Source: Mobula hypostoma (lineage: Eukaryota). From it: 64,000 nt of DNA. Both the position numbers and the translations under genes were made by a program. Each line of letters starts with the position of its first letter. The first letter of the stretch is position 1. The DNA is taken from the NCBI RefSeq assembly GCF_963921235.1, contig NC_086099.1, forward strand, positions 128,402,001-128,466,000, written 5' to 3'. Below are positions 37,920-49,700 of this stretch, in pieces. The notes beneath the pieces are model-generated. The model was not told where the DNA came from, made no database searches, and saw only the letters and a list, made by a program, of their open reading frames with translations.

Positions 37920-38250
37920 TCATTTATTTCTTTATTGAAATTCAGTGTGGAGGCCTTTTGGCCCTTTGAGCCATGCTGTCCAGCAATCCCCAGCCTTATC
38001 AGACAGACAGATAGGCAGACATACTTTATTGATCCCGAGGGAAATTGGGTATTCACAGAACAATATACAATGACCAATTCACCCACCAACCTGTAGGTCT
38101 TCGGACTGTGGGAGGAAACCAGGGCACCTGGAGGAAACCCACGCGGTCACGGGGAGAATGCACAAACTCCTTACAGGCAGTGGCAGGAACTGAACTCGGG
38201 CCTCCTGTACTGTAAAGCGTTGTGCTAACCACTACGCCTTTGTGCTGCCC
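37920..38250 (-). mobile_element. V-SINE with a ~50-bp Rex1-type tail inserted at ~38000-38050
   Basis: GTGGGAGGAAACC..GCACCTGGAGGAAACCCACGCGGTCACGGGGAGAATGCACAAACTCC; (CAGA)n-TACTTTATTGATCCC insert. Confidence 0.8.
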
Positions 38251-38537
38251 ATTTCCCCTGTGAGTGTAAGTGTTCCCATCCCATCAATTCCCTGATACTT
38301 TTTGGATGTTACTTTTACATTGAAAAAAGAAGACAGGAGCAAAATACTTGTTTCATTTACCTGACAGTTTCTTACTTTCCATTGCTAATTTCCCAGACTC
38401 ATGTTGTTTAAAATCAATGATCCCTTTCTCCTTAAAATTTCTATACAAAATCTTACTGTGCATTTTCATTGTTCTGGTTAGCTTTGTGTTAGACAAATTC
38501 TTTAGTCCTTTTTTCATTTTTGTTGTACTTTTTATTC

Positions 38538-39380
38538 TTCAAAGGTTCAAAGGTCCAATTTAATGTCAGAGAAATGTATACAATATACATCCTGAAATGC
38601 TTTTTCTTCTCAAACATCCACGAAAACAGAGGAGTGCCCCAAAGAATGAATGACAGTTAAATGTTAGAACCCCAAAGTTTGCCCCACCAGCTCCCCTCCC
38701 TCCTGCATGTAAGCGGCAGCAAGCAACAATCCCGCCCCCCACCGGCAAAAAGAAGCATCAGCATCCACCACTGAGCACTCAGGTGTGAGCAAAGCAATGG
38801 CAAAGACACAGACTTGCAGTTACCCCAAAGGCTCTGCGTTTCACCCGGTATATGACATACCACAGGCTCTCTCTCTCTCCCTAATAAGGGAGAAGAAGGT
38901 GTCTCCATTTTACCAGCGAGCGGGGAGACATAACCAACAGCTCGCTGGTTTACAAAGTTAAAAGTCCATTATGTTGCTTTTTTTCGAGCTCTGTGCCCAA
39001 AGATCTCAAAGATCTCGGGTCTCTGGGCACACAGCCGTAGATATTCTGACTCCCCTGACGACACACGGGTCTCCTGCCATGACACCGGCCCTCGATCCTC
39101 CGTCTCCGGAGCCCCAAGATTCCAGGCTTCCAAATCCAAGCCAGACTCTTAGGCCGAGCCCTTGGAGTGCTGAACAACAACAGCCAGTTATGGAACCCCG
39201 AGAACCCCATTCCTGCAAGGAACCGTAGTCAGCGTGTAATTCCAGGTCAGGGTCTTCAAAAGAACCCTGAAAGGAAAAAATAAAGATATTAAAGATGGAA
39301 ATAGAGCTGTTTCCAAAGATGCAAGCAAAGGAGTCGCCATTTAGTGCCATCATTACTCCGCTTCGCCTCAATCTTCTGCC
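38538..39380 (-). mobile_element. Non-autonomous LINE derivative (L2/Rex-type tail)
   Basis: Minus-strand head ATGATGGCACTAAATGGCGAC; tail GGACCTTTGAACCTTTGAA. Confidence 0.6.
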
Positions 39381-40309
39381 TTCTGCTCAATTTTCTGACT
39401 TACCTCCTGTCTAGGCATAATTATACATCCTTTACTTTAAATTTGATCTGTGTTTGGCTTACAAATTTGTGCTTGCAGAACATAAGAAGCTCTTACTGTT
39501 TCTGATACCACATATTCGGATTCAAGGGAGGGGTCATTTGACAAATATAGAAGAGAAGTTTGCAGTGATTTGGAGAAAGGGGGAACAATTGAATTGGCAT
39601 TGGTATTGGTATTGTATTGGTTTATTGTCACACTTACCAGATACAGTGATTATTTTACAGAAGAGATGACACAAACAAAGAATTGAATGGCCTGCTTTCT
39701 GCCATGATATTTTGAATCTACAATTCTGTGAGGAACAAAAACTATCATTTAATTTATAATTTTATTATATTTTAGATTACTCACTGTTTGGAATCCACTA
39801 TTTAGCTTGATAAGTCATTCTCGTTGTTCCTTTATTCTTAAAGCTCATTATCTATTCATTGTCCCAGCAATATGTTTGGTTCATATCTGAACACATTTAG
39901 GAAGCAACAAAATCATTCTAAGACAGATTTTTAGTTTTAGTATCTGAGAAACAGACCAATTTTAATAGTTTGGTTTTTTATATATATTTTCATCAAATTA
40001 GTGAAATAATTTCAGTTGCAAGAAATAATGCATAAAGCACAATGCTTTACAGTACAGGAGGCCAGAGTTTAGTTCCCACTATTGCCCGTAAGGAGGTTGT
40101 ACGTCCTCCCCCGTCACTTAAACTCTGGGTCTTAAGTGAATGTGGGGAAGAAAAACGCCTTAGTGCCCATGCAGAGTGTCCATTAGAACTGAACAAATTT
40201 TGTATTGAAAAGTGAAAGCACACAACCCCCTCAATGTACTCAGTAAACACTTCAGCACATTGAAAAGTGAGGTCAACTTTAAATCTCTATTAGAGAATGT
40301 CTCTGCTCT

Positions 40310-40702
40310 AATGACCATTATACCGCTGGCAGTTAGAGCAGCAATGAAGGTCCACTAGCTCTGGCGGTATTCAGGGCTTCCTTCATCGTGTCAGTAGCTC
40401 AGTTTTCACTACTGTCAATCACGCAAGTCCCGGAGGAGAATACAGTCACACCAGATTCTTCATTGATGTTTCCATAACTGTTTTGCTTTGCCAGTCAGGG
40501 TTGTTGGCCCTGAGCTGAACCCTCGATCCTGGAGGAACAGTGGACCACGCTTAATCTGGCCTCTACCCTTTCACTGGCTTGGTATTGGTGACCCTACCAA
40601 GAACCAAAGTTTAAAGCCCTGACTCCAGCCAACATAGCTCTCCAGGTCATGGAGGTATGCAAGCCTCCAAACCCCATAAGAAGATTATGGTCCTCTTAGA
40701 GG
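40310..40702 (-). mobile_element. Bipartite RTE (Expander/Rex3-like) derivative: 5' UTR joined to 3' tail
   Basis: Minus strand ATGACCTGGAGAGCTATGTTGGC...GGTAGGGTCACC resembles an RTE 5' UTR; ends GGACCTTCATTGCTGCTCTAACTGCC (RTE 3' end-like). Confidence 0.65.
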
Positions 40703-41269
40703 TTTGGAGAATGTAATGAGACAGAAGTGGTCTGAGTGATGAATGCTCGGGATATCTTAATGAAAAGCAAAGTACGATGAATAACTACACCTAATGTGGC
40801 TGTCACAGCAATAACTCTGTAACCTTCTCACTAGAAACCTCTCCTGGAGTCCTGGGTCCTTCTTATGACAGAATCAGTTATTATCTTGTGCTGATAAACA
40901 AGGGGTGTTGTTTGTGCACAGCACTTCTTCCAGGTAATCTGTTCTTTTAAATGTTGGAACTTGCATGGGCTTCCTTTTAAGCTCTTGCCAGATGTAAACC
41001 CTGAAGCATCTGGTTCTTTGCTCTTGAACAGCAGAGATTTTGATGACAGATGGTATTCATAGTGGTGGTCACCTTGATTGCTGCAAGTAACACAGATGCT
41101 CAAAATTCAAACAAGGGCAATGTGTAATGGGATAATAGGTGCTGCATTTGTATGGTACAACTTGAAAAATTCAGCCTCAGTTTCTGTTTTGAAATACATT
41201 ATTTTGTTTCCATCTTGTGATGTTCATGCTTTAATTCATATCACTTTAATATATTCTGTATTGCATTAT

Positions 41270-41815
41270 GTCAGACCATGGTCTCATCTACTGTGATGAT
41301 GAAGCCACGCTCAGGTTGGAGGAGCAATACCTTATATTCAGTCTGGGTAGTGTCCAACCTGATGGCATGACATTGATTTCTCAAACTTCTGGTAATTATT
41401 CTCCCCTTCATCATTCTACTTTCCTGTTTCCCTCTATCACCTTACCTCCTTACCTGTTCATCACCTCCGTCTGGTGCTCCTCCTCCTTCCCTTTCTTCCA
41501 TAGTCTTCTACCCTCTTCTATCAGATTCCCCCTTCTCCAACCCCTTATCTCTTTCACCAATCAGCTTCCGAGCTCTTTACTCACCCATCTTCCCCCCTCC
41601 CGGTTTGGCCTATCACCCTCCATCTTATACTTCTTCCTCCCCCCACCTTCTTACTCTGACTTCTCCTCTTTTTTTCGAGTCCCGATGAAGGGTCTCAGCC
41701 CGAAACATTGGCTGTTTACTCTTTTCCATTGATGTTGCCTGGCCTGCTGAGTTCCTCCAGAATTTTGTGCGTGTTGCTTTGGATTTCCAGTATCTGCAGA
41801 TTTTCTTGTGTTTGC
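41270..41815 (+). mobile_element. PLE 3' end (GIY-YIG C-terminus + pLTR)
   Basis: GLIYCDDEATLRLEEQYLIFSLGSVQPDGM; decayed hammerhead CCGATGAAGGGTCTCAGCCCGAAAC. Confidence 0.9.
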
Positions 41816-41829
41816 GTTATGCCGCAGTG

Positions 41830-42157
41830 TCACCATCATCACCGTTATGCACCGTGTCATATGACGTGGGCGATCATGACCACGGTTGTTCTTGGCAAAT
41901 TTTTCTACAGAAGTAGTTTGCCATTGCCTTCTTCTAGGCAGTATCTTTACAAGATGAGTGACCCCAGTCATTATCAATACTCCTCAGAGATTGTCTGCCT
42001 GGTGTCAGTGGTCACATAACCAGGACTTGTGATGTGCACCAGCTGCTCATACGACCCTCCACCACCTGCACCTTGCCCAGAGGTGACCTACAGTGTAGAG
42101 GAGGGAAGGAGCGCTTCACACTTTGTTTGGTAGAGACATATCTCCATCCAGCCACGC
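41830..42157 (-). mobile_element. RTE-related short element (same family as 32868-33250)
   Basis: Reverse-complement match to 32868-33250 across most of its length. Confidence 0.75.
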
Positions 42158-42732
42158 AAAATACAGGATGAGCGTTCCAGTGAGTGTTACCCTGTTACAA
42201 AGCAGGCACATTACATGATTCTATCATCAAACAGAATCATAGTGTGTTCACAAACATAGATACACAGAGTACAAAGCGTCCTTGCATACAGATAAGCTCG
42301 GGTTGCTGTATGCTTGGAAACACATCATTTGCAAATGAACAGACTAAGTACTCTGATTATACTTCTGTCCTGACTGATAATATTTACTTCATCATTGCTC
42401 TCAGAAAGTAGACAAAGTGATCAATCACCCTATTAGTGATTGTGAAATATACAAAATGTAATTTTGGAACAGCATCTAGCAACACAAATGGTGGAGACGC
42501 AATCCCTGTTAGCCATGAACATGGAACATAGAATGGTACAGCACAGTACAGGGCCCTTCTGTCCGCCATGTTGTACCGACCTTTTAACCTACTCTAAGAA
42601 CAATCTCGCCCTTCCCTCCACTTCCTTTCATCCATCTGCCTGTCCAGGAGTCTCTTAAATGTCCCCAATGTATCTGTTGCTGCCACTACACCTGGTAGCA
42701 CAGTGTGGAAAGGAAATGTTACCGCCGACACC

Positions 42733-43588
42733 TAAACAAGAGCAACACACACAAAATGCCGGAGGAACTCAGCAGGCCAAGCAGCATCTATGGAAAACTC
42801 AGCGGCAGGACCACAGAAAAGAAGCTGAAGAGTAGATTTGAAAGGTGGGGGTAGGGAAGAGAGAAACACTAGGTGATAGGTGAAACTTGGAGGGGGAGGG
42901 ACGAAGTAAAGAGCTGGGAAATTGATTGGTGAGAGACAGAAGCCCATGGAAGAAAGAAAAAGGTGGAGGAGCTCCAGAGGGAGGCCATGGGCAGGCAAGG
43001 AGTTAAAATGAGGGAGGGAAAAGGGAATGGGAAATGGTGAAGTGGGGGGGGGGAGCAAATCTGGAAACTGAAATCGTGTGGCATAAGCTGGCAATGAAGA
43101 CATGTTCCCAGAAAGGATATATGGCTGTAGCAGCAGATCTGGGTAAGCACGAGGTCAAAGAGGTGGAGAGCAGCAGGGATCACAGTGGGGGAGCCATGAG
43201 AGAGAGTTCACTGAACTCCCATTTAAGGGAAGATTTAAACTTCTGCAGGGTAGGGCTTCCCCCCCCCTTCACCATTTCCCATCCCCTTTTCCTCCTTGAC
43301 CTTATCTCCTTGCCTGCCCATGGCCTCCCTCTGGAGCTCCTCCCTCCTTTTTCTTTCTTCCATGACCTTCTGTCTCTCACTAATCAACTTCCCAGCTCTT
43401 TACTTCATCCCTCCCCCTCCCGGTTCACCTATCACCTGGTGTTTCTCTCTCCCCTCCGCCCACCTTTTAAGTCTACTCGCCAGCTTTTTTTTCCAGTCCT
43501 GCCAAAGGGTTTCAGCCGAAATGGTGACTGTACTCTTTTGCGTAGATGCTGCCTGGCCTGCTGAGTTCCCCCAGCATTTTGTGTGTGT
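42733..43588 (-). mobile_element. Internally deleted Penelope element with inverted pLTR, inside a CR1 remnant (~42520-43775)
   Basis: ~320-bp inverted arms; the spacer encodes a PLE N-terminal-like YSHISFLGTCLHCQLMPHDF on minus. Confidence 0.85.
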
Positions 43589-44104
43589 ACCTCTGACATC
43601 CCTCTGTACTTTCACCTATCACCTTAAGATTATGCCCCCTATTATTAGCCATTTCTGCCCTGGGAAGAAGTCTGTAGCTGTCCATTCTCTATGCCTCTTA
43701 TCATCTTGTACACCTCTATCAAGTCACTTCTCATCCTCCCCCATTCCAAAGAGAAAAAGCCCTCGTTTGGTGAACTTGGCAACTTTACTTTGTGGTACTC
43801 ACTAACAGTATGATACTTATGTGAGCATTGCTAGTGGCACTAGCAGTTGCTAATGGCACCAGTGTGTACTAGTGAGGCCAGCAGCCTGAATGACCTATTT
43901 TTCCACCTCTTATTTGAGCAGCAACATGTGATCTATAACAGCCTAAAATTCTGACAACTGATGAACTTCATCCCTTTATCTTTGAAGGAGATACTGTACT
44001 TTCAAGCAGTTCCCTTTTCCCTCAGTAGGATCATGTGAGCAGCAGTGCCAGCAAATACTTTGCCCTTCCTTAACCCAGAGAAATTAAACCTCTCGCAGCT
44101 GTGA

Positions 44105-44222
44105 TCTCTGACAGTACTCTTGCACCTGAGTCAGAAAGTCATGGGTTCAATTCTCACTCTAGAGACTTGAACACAAATTTAGGATGATACTCCAGCACAG
44201 TACTGAAGAAAGTGCTGACTTT
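44105..44222 (+). mobile_element. SacSINE1/DeuSINE-like fragment
   Basis: CTCTTGCACCTGAGTCAGAAAGTCATGGGTTCAATTCTCACTCTAGAGACTTGAACACAAA...CAGTACTGA resembles the shark SacSINE1 head and the start of the Deu domain. Confidence 0.65.
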
Positions 44223-44599
44223 CAAAACCTCAGATGGCTCTCATGAAAAAGGAATAGAGAATAAATGCAAATGCTTCTGCTGGTGCAAGTGGGGGGAGGA
44301 GAGGTTGGAGGGGCAATGCTTCTACCACTTGTGTGATGGGAGGGGGAGGGGAAGGGGCTTTGGGTTCTGATGTGGCTATCATTCATTAGTTGGTGTTTCT
44401 TGTTTCGTGGATGTCTGCAAAGAGTAAGAATTTCGGTTTGCATACTGTATCCATTCTCTGATATGAAATTGAACCATTCAAATTTAGTTTATTGTCCGAA
44501 GTAGTCTGTGTCATGCTGGGCTTGAGAAGCAGATAATATAAATGAAAATATTACCTTTTATCCAGCTGCTCAGATGAGCTAACATATTACAAACCAGAC

Positions 44600-45835
44600 T
44601 CCATGTCAAGCCTTTGTGGCTCATTTTGTAAGCCTACCGATTCACAGTTATATTGACTATACCTCCTCTCACCCCGCCTCCTGTAAAAAAATGCTCTTCC
44701 CCATTTCTCACTTCCTTCACCTCCATCACATCTGTTCCCAGGATGAGGCTTTCCTTTCAAGACATCAGAATTGTCCTCCTTCTTCAAAGAATGGATATCC
44801 CTCCCTCCACCATTGATGCTACCCTCACCCCCTCGCCTCCATTTCCCATACAGCCGCACTCTCTCCATCTTCCCACCACCTTAACAGTGATAGAGTTCAT
44901 CTTGTCCTTACCTACCACCCCGTGAGCTCCCATATCCAACCCACCATCCTCTGCAATTTCCGCCATATCCAAAGGGATCCTACCACTAAGTATATCTTCA
45001 CCTCTTCCCCCCCCCCACTCTCCACAGCAATCACTTCCTCCATGATTCCCTTGTCCACTCGTCCCTCCCACTAATCTCTCTCCCGGGAAATCCCTGTAAG
45101 CAGCCCAAGTGCTACACCTACCCATTCACCTCCTTCCTCCCCTCCATTCAGGACCCCAAACAGTCCTTCCAGATGAGGCAGCACTTTAGCTGTGAGTCTG
45201 CTGAGTGCTGGAATTGTCTGTTGTGTCCGGTGCTCCTGTTGCGACCTCCTCTACATTGGTGAGACTCGTAAATTAGGGCACAGCTTCATCCAGCACCTCT
45301 GCTCCATCTGCCAAAAGTGGAACTTCCCGTTGGCCAGACATGTTAACTCCCTTTCCCATTCCTGTTCTGACATGTCGATTCATGGCCTCCACATGTGCCA
45401 AGATGAGATCACCCACCCTCGGGGTGGAGGACCCACACCTTACATTCAGTCTGGGTGGCCTCCAACCTAATGACATGAATATGGATCTCTTCTACCAGTA
45501 AGTTTTTCCCTCCCCCTCCCTTCTTCTATTCCCCACTTTGGCCTCTTACCTCATCATACCTGTCTATCACCTCCCACTAGATTACCCTCCTCCTTCCCTT
45601 TCTCCTATGGTCCACTCTCCTCTCCTATCAGATCCTTTCCTTTCCAGCCCTTGACCTTTCCCACCCACCTTGTTTCACCTATCATTTTCCAGCTATCCTC
45701 CTTCCCCAGCTTTTTATTCTGGCATCTTTCCTGTCCTGGAGAAGGGTCTCGGCTTGAAACTTCAACAGTGTATTCATTCTTTTCCATTGATGCTGCCTGA
45801 CTTGCTGAGTTCCTCCAGCATGCTGTGTGTGTTGG
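44600..45835 (+). mobile_element. Penelope-like element 3' half (RT thumb, GIY-YIG endonuclease, pLTR), degraded
   Basis: KPTDS..DYTSSHPASCK; IVCCVRCSCCDLLYIGET..HL (GIY-YIG); hammerhead variant CTGTC-CTGGAGA-AGGGTCTCGGCTT-GAAACTTC-AACAG. Confidence 0.9.
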
Positions 45836-46373
45836 AACTGTTCATTTGCTAGTTATAAGGGGAACAATTTCAGCCAACTACTTCCTGTTACTTTTGCCTC
45901 CAGCCAGCAGAACACTGGTACAGTTAACACCTTCCCCTCCGTGCGTGCCTACTTGCCTCACTTTCACACAGGTAGTGTGCAACTGTCGGCGTGTTTGACT
46001 TAGGCAGCTCCTCTTACTTCATGCGGCTGCCCCACTTCTCAGATTGCTTTCAGGAAGCTCAGTACAACATTTTGTGCATTCCCACCCTTTAGCTTTTTAT
46101 AAAGGCAAAGACTGTTGAATTGGGAAATGTCGGTTCACTCTATTCCTATAAAAACAGAAAATGTTGGAGCAACTCTGGTCAGCTGACCAGAGCTGACCAA
46201 CTAACCTGAACCTGCCAAGTTTTTCTAGCATGTTCAGTTTTTTATTTTTTTTAGATTTCCAAATCTCTTACTTTATTTTGCTCTCCTTTTCTTCTTATTG
46301 AGTGTTAATGTGCTAGAGAGAATCCGCATTTATCAACATTGAAGTGATTATTTGTGTTCTCCTACTATAGATC

Positions 46374-46659
46374 AAAGTTAAAGTCTGTCCCAAGCCTTTG
46401 TGGCCCATCAGGCTGGTGCTTATGCTGGTTTCTGTGGCGAGAAGCAACTGAGAGTACGAGACTCCCCCCCGGATAGGATGCCAGTCTATCGCGAGGTTAA
46501 CCCTCAGCATTTTGCAGGTACCCATTTTCATCTGGGGGGACTGGAGCAGTGTGTGGTTAAGTGCCTTGCTCAAGGACACAACACACTGCCTAGGCCGAGA
46601 CTCAAACCCACGACCTTCAGATCATGAGCCCAACGCTCTAACCACTTGGCCTCACGCCA
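46374..46659 (-). mobile_element. tRNA-derived CORE-type SINE
   Basis: Minus strand GGCCAAGTGGTTAGAGCG (A box), GGGTTTGAGTCTC (B box), GTGTCCTTGAGCAAGGCACTTAACC core, (ACTTTA)n tail. Confidence 0.85.
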
Positions 46660-48372
46660 CACTTCCTACTAGAGATGGTGTCTGCTTAATGTTTTACCTG
46701 TTTTTCAGTAATTATTACAAAAAAATGCCCGTTATTAAGCACCTCTCTTACCTCTAGCACAATCAAACCTGCCTCTGTTATAGTACGTGTTCCTCTAAGC
46801 TTCCTTTCCTTGTTTCTTCTGGAGTCCAGATGATTTTCCTCTCCAAAACAGATATAAACTTGCACTCTACAGCTTTTCTGGGTAAAACTACATTGTCAGG
46901 TGAGTTTTCAGATAAAATTTTTAACTGAGGCAAGGTGTGAGATACGCTAGCTTAGGGGTAGTGATTTAAATAACTATCATTTTATCATTTTTGCCAAACG
47001 GTCTGAAAACCTAAACCATGACGAATGGCCAAAGCAGGCTACTGCCGAAATTGACTAATTCTGTATGTTCTGTTAGATAGTCTGTATTTTCTTGTTCCAT
47101 TTTGTTAGTTTTTATTGTGAGGGGGATTGGGGGGGGGATGTCAATGTTCCTGTTGCATTTTCTTCCTTTTTTGTGCGGGGGGTGGGGTTTGGGGGTGATT
47201 GATGATCGTGTTGATGTTCTTTTTTGTGCAGGGGTGGGATGGATTTACTCTTCCTCTTTGAAATTACTGCCATGGTTTTCTTTGTTTCGTTGCTATCTGG
47301 AGAAGATGAATCTCACAGTTGTATATTGCATGCGTACGTTGATAATAACTGAACCTTCGAAATAGCCAAGTTGGGAAAAAGCTTCTAAGAGGTGCAGATC
47401 TTTTTTGAGAACTTATATTTGTCTCAAAAGAATTACAAGTGTAGCTGACCCAGCAGAATCAAGATGAATAAATTGACATTATGCTCTTGGTGTGATGTCA
47501 CTGCTGTAGAGAGTCAAGAGAATGACAGTAAGCAGAAACCCCTGAGATAATTATCATTAAGTACCTGCCAGAAACTAAAATCCTTACCACAATGTACATG
47601 AACCCTACAACTTGAGTGAAATACATTTATTAATGCAAGACATGGTCTGCAATGGATGACATTTATCAACTTTATCAAAGAGTCCTTTTCTCCACACTAT
47701 AATATGCAGAGGAAAGATGCAAGAGCGTTTTACTTCTATTCACTTTGTGCGGAAATCCAGCCACAACGGCCCTAATTTTAACAGCATTTCCACAAAGATC
47801 TGCCAGCATTCTTAGCTCAAGTACTGATAAGTTTCATGACTTCCACACATTTTTTTTGGCATAAAAGTCCATGGCTGAGTTCCATAGGTGATTTCTGAGA
47901 CCAGAGGAGCAGAGGCCTTTTGAGCTGGGACATCAGTTTCTGAGACCCGATGCAGGGTCTGCGAGCCCGTTCATCTGACTGGGAATTGTAAGGCCACGGA
48001 GAAAATAAGATTAAAAATAAATTTACATTTTAAAGCTATTTATAGTTTATTTGGTGTTTTTAGTTTATGCATAAATTTTTAAGTTGAAAAATGTTATTTA
48101 AGGTTTAATTGTTTTTAAATATTTTTGAGTTAAGAGACATTCAAAAAAATAGAAAACCTTTAACTGCTTTGAACGTCAGTAAAGTGGAGGATAGGGCATT
48201 CATGACTGGATTCTAGAGGGGTTTTGTGGGCAGAGTTTATTACTGATTAAATCTCTCAAGGCCCTGTCTTTGAGCGATGAGTCTTTGTCACTCAGTCCTA
48301 GGATTCTTTGGGCCAGCAATTCAGCCTTTCAAAAACTGAGAAGGAAAGGGAAAGGAGATTGCAGGTAGTGGG

Positions 48373-48598
48373 TGTTAAGACTGTTCAAAGTCACTAGAGA
48401 GACACTGAAGCTGGTGATATCGAAGTCTATTCATCACAACAAGAAGCAGGTATTCTCATGGAGACACTTAATAGACTCACAAATCCAAAAATACATCACA
48501 TTTTTATACTTTTAAGATCAAAGGTAACAGTAGCTGATACAATACAATTTCTTCAATACCTTGGGTCAACAATGCTGCCTTAGAATTGTATATCTACA
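48373..48598. mobile_element. Short solo LTR (226 bp) with 5-bp TSD
   Basis: TGTT...TACA flanked by GTGGG at 48368-48372 and 48599-48603. Confidence 0.7.
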
Positions 48599-48617
48599 GT
48601 GGGAAACACCTCTGAAT

Positions 48618-48778
48618 CACAAACACGATAACATCTGCAGATGATGGAAATCCCAAGCAACACACACAAAATGCTGGAGGAACTTAGCAGGCCAGGCAGC
48701 ATCTATGGAAAGGAGTAAACAGTCGACGTTTCGGGCTGAGACCAACGTAGACTGTTTACTCTTTTCCATTTTGTGTGC
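48618..48778. mobile_element. Short inverted PLE insertion
   Basis: 13-bp TSD AACACCTCTGAAT at 48605-48617 and 48779-48791. Confidence 0.88.
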
Positions 48779-49379
48779 AACACCTCTGAATGTTCAAATA
48801 TCTTGGCTGGGACACTTCCGTGAACTTATTTACATTTACAATGGACAATGGTGCAAATTCTTAAGCCCATAGTTGATGCAAGGCAATTAACACAACCCTT
48901 AACATTTGGTGGATGAGTATGCAATCTTTCACTCTGTGAACTAGCTTGTGCCTCTAACTTCAATTTACTGATTGCAATTTATAATAAAACTTGAAGACTG
49001 GTTCTTGTTTGAATGAATATCTGCTATATTGACATAACTCTGTTTCTGATCACAGCCGTCTCTATCTGTCTGACAGTTTGGATATAGTGACTTACGGCCT
49101 GGATTCAGACTGGAAAGGATTATTATTATTTAAATATTTCATAAGTTTAAAAGCCATTGATGGAGATGAATTAACATGGAGCCCTTTAGGTCAATAACAG
49201 GCTGCCTGATTATGTTGACTTTCTCTTCTGTCCACTTTTCAGTGCCTCCCATAGATTTATCTATTACCGTAGATGTTTGCAAGCAAATCAGAAACCGTAC
49301 CCAGGTTCCTAAGGAAGTCTGGAGTACTTGATCAGAACAGACATTCTTATACACCCTTTGTGTTTTCCTTCCAGTGGAA

Positions 49380-49570
49380 AGGGGTTCCTGCCGCTGCCTG
49401 TAAGGAGTTTGTAAGCTATCCCCGTGACCGCATGGGTTTCCTCCCACAGTCCAGAGATTGGTCAATGTAAGTTGTCCCGTGATTAGACTAGGTATAATCA
49501 GGGATTGCTGGATTGCACGGCTCAAAGGACCGAGAGGGCCTATTCCACACTGTATCCCAATATAAATAAA
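49380..49570 (+). mobile_element. V-SINE fragment
   Basis: GTAAGGAGTTTGTA..CCCCGTGACCGCATGGGTTTC plus CR1-type tail. Confidence 0.8.
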
Positions 49571-49700
49571 CACTAAACTGCTGCTGCTTTAGTGAATCAG
49601 CTGCCCATCTGCTTTGGCCGTGGGTATGTTAAATAAGCAACGGTACAGATGTGGCAGAGTTGGGTGCCAAGCTAGCTGGCAAGTAGCCAAGGTGCCAAGA

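Noticed and set aside
40835-40933. Possible 99-nt plus-strand exon (CTAG|...CAG|GTAATC)
   Set aside because: Only one open frame, with no recognisable protein and no partner exons.
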